Position numbers and translations under genes: made by a program. 64,000 nucleotides of DNA from Carcharhinus longimanus. Taxonomy: Eukaryota. Positions 62,616 through 64,000 of the stretch are shown here, piece after piece. Location: assembly GCA_030264375.1 (NCBI GenBank), contig JASCQW010000132.1:57631729-57695728 (forward strand), given 5' to 3'. Each line of letters opens with the position of its first letter. The stretch's first letter is position 1. The notes beneath the pieces were generated by a model. It had not been told where the DNA came from, made no database searches, and saw only the letters and a program-made list of their open reading frames with translations.

Positions 62616-62926
62616 GGGGTGGCACAGTGGTTAACACTGCTGCCTCACAGTGCCTGGGACCCAGGTTAGGTTCCCGGCAGGGGCCACTGACTGGGCGGAG
62701 TCTGCATGTTCTCCCCGTCTCTGCGTGGGTTACCTCCAGGTGCTCCAGTTTCCTCCACAGTCCAAAACATGCGCTGATTCGGTGCACTGGCCATGCTAAA
62801 TTCTCCTTCAGTGTACCTGAAAAGGCACCCAAGTGAGGCGACGAGGGGATTTTCACAGTAACGTCATTGCAGTGTTAATGCAAGCATACTTGTGACAGTA
62901 ATAAATAAGCTTTAAAAACTTTAAAC
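62616..62926 (+). mobile_element. HE1/V-SINE, alternative-tail subfamily
   Basis: GGTGGCACAGTGGTTAACACTGCTGCCTCACAG head; tail ATTTTCACAGTAACGTCATTGCAGTGTTAATG...AATAAATAAGCTTTAAAAAC. Confidence 0.88.
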
Positions 62927-63217
62927 AGGAGGACTACCAATTTACCCTGGCGTGAAAGCATAAATTTCACTTTCAAAAGAATGTAAAATTGCCAACTTAA
63001 GGTTACAAGAAGTTAGCTGAGAAAACTGGTTTTAACATGGTAAGGTTTTCGTCACTAATTGGTCACTGAAGAGCTGATAGAACAGCAATGTTTTATGCAA
63101 TCATTAGAAACGAAGGGATTGCACAACTAACACAAATGTTCAAATATTTCTTTAAAAAGTGCAAAAGACAAGATACACAAAATTCTCTACCACAGAAGCC
63201 TATAGAGGCCAAACCAA

Positions 63218-63550
63218 GGGGAAGCAATGGCCTCGTGCTATTATCGCTAGACTATTAATCTAGAAACTCAGCTAGTCTTCTGGGGACCCAGAGATGGAAT
63301 CCTGCCACAGCAGATGGTGGAATTTGAATTTAGTAAAAATTATCTGTAATTAAGAACCTACTGATGGCTATGAAACCACTGTTTGTTGTCAGAAAAACCC
63401 ATCTATTTTCTTTAGGGTAGGAAATCTGCCATCCTTACTTGGTCTGGTCCACAGCAACATGATTGACTCTCAACTGCTCTCCAAGGGCAACTAGGGATGG
63501 GCAATAAATGCTGGCCTGCCAGCAATGTCTATGTCCCACGGATAAATAAG
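63218..63550 (+). mobile_element. tRNA-derived SINE family B
   Basis: GGGAAGCAATGGCCTCGTG head; core; tail GGGCAACTAGGGATGGGCAATAAATGCTGGCC. Confidence 0.88.
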
Positions 63551-64000
63551 GAAGTGTATTCCTAGATACTAAAAGCATCCAGAAGAATGGGGAGAGTGTG
63601 AAAGTATGGCACTGAGATAGAGAATCAGCCATGACCAAACTGAATGACGGAGCAGGCTTGATGAACCAAATGTTTCTATGAGTAAATGGCATTCAGTTCT
63701 TTGCCATAATGGGACTGATACAAATGTTAGCGTGCAATAATTGTCATAAACAACTTGTTTTGTTGCCACAGCACTGACGCCACACATGGAATACAGTTGC
63801 AAAATCAATCCATCCTGAGAAACAACGTTTGATTTCTTCCAAATGTGGGAGAACCGACAGGCATAGAAGAATGAGAGCAAAACTTCAAGGAAAACATTCA
63901 TGGTCTAAAATACTTTCTCATTCGTTTTGCAAGTTAACGTTTCTGAAGTTTCATGTTTAGTAAAAGGACCTATTTTAGAAAACTTTCAAACACAATACTT

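Larger units (their letters stand above)
1..64000 (-). other. TNS3: Tensin-3 gene body (partial; window is internal to the gene, 9 coding exons found)
   Basis: Nine GT-AG exons join in frame into a protein matching vertebrate tensin-3 from GGKGRIGVVISSY to the LD-like DIDQSIEQLNKLIMDL. No upstream exon (the one ending HCR) or downstream SH2/PTB exons were found in the window. Confidence 0.93.

Noticed and set aside
56314-64000. Upstream PTP exon (ending ...HVVVIHCR)
   Set aside because: Not found by eye; presumably beyond the window
1-64000. CRISPR arrays, operons or prokaryotic defence systems
   Set aside because: Spliced vertebrate gene with eukaryotic retroposons; no regularly spaced repeats or dense ORFs

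Overview
Vertebrate genomic DNA, almost certainly from a shark or other elasmobranch (judged from HE1/V-SINE-type and CR1-type repeats), AT-rich, with eight N-gaps. The whole window lies inside a minus-strand tensin-3 (TNS3) gene. Nine GT-AG coding exons (56249-56313, 55731-55814, 49287-49399, 48122-48182, 47811-47886, 34038-34167, 32828-32893, 28402-28506, 15263-16531; 1969 nt) splice in frame and encode the end of the PTP-like domain, the C2 domain and the start of the disordered middle region with the talin-binding LD-like helix. The 5' and 3' exons appear to lie outside the window. The rest is intron filled with decayed CR1 and L2 LINEs, several SINE families, Harbinger-derived elements and Penelope-derived fragments. 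Almost all other ORFs in the track are spurious. The most unusual object is a ~290-bp element at 3150-3440 (minus strand) that starts with U2 snRNA nt 19-39, contains a second U2 5' copy plus an octamer, and ends in a repeat/A-rich tail: a candidate U2-headed SINE or a U2/Keno-type chimera. Other hypotheses: inverted same-subfamily SINEs bracketing three phase-1 exons (a possible 1440-nt stop-free circRNA), SINE exonisation candidates, a possible internal first exon and LF-SINE-like relics. Repeat family names rest on recalled consensus sequences, not searches, and repeat boundaries are approximate.
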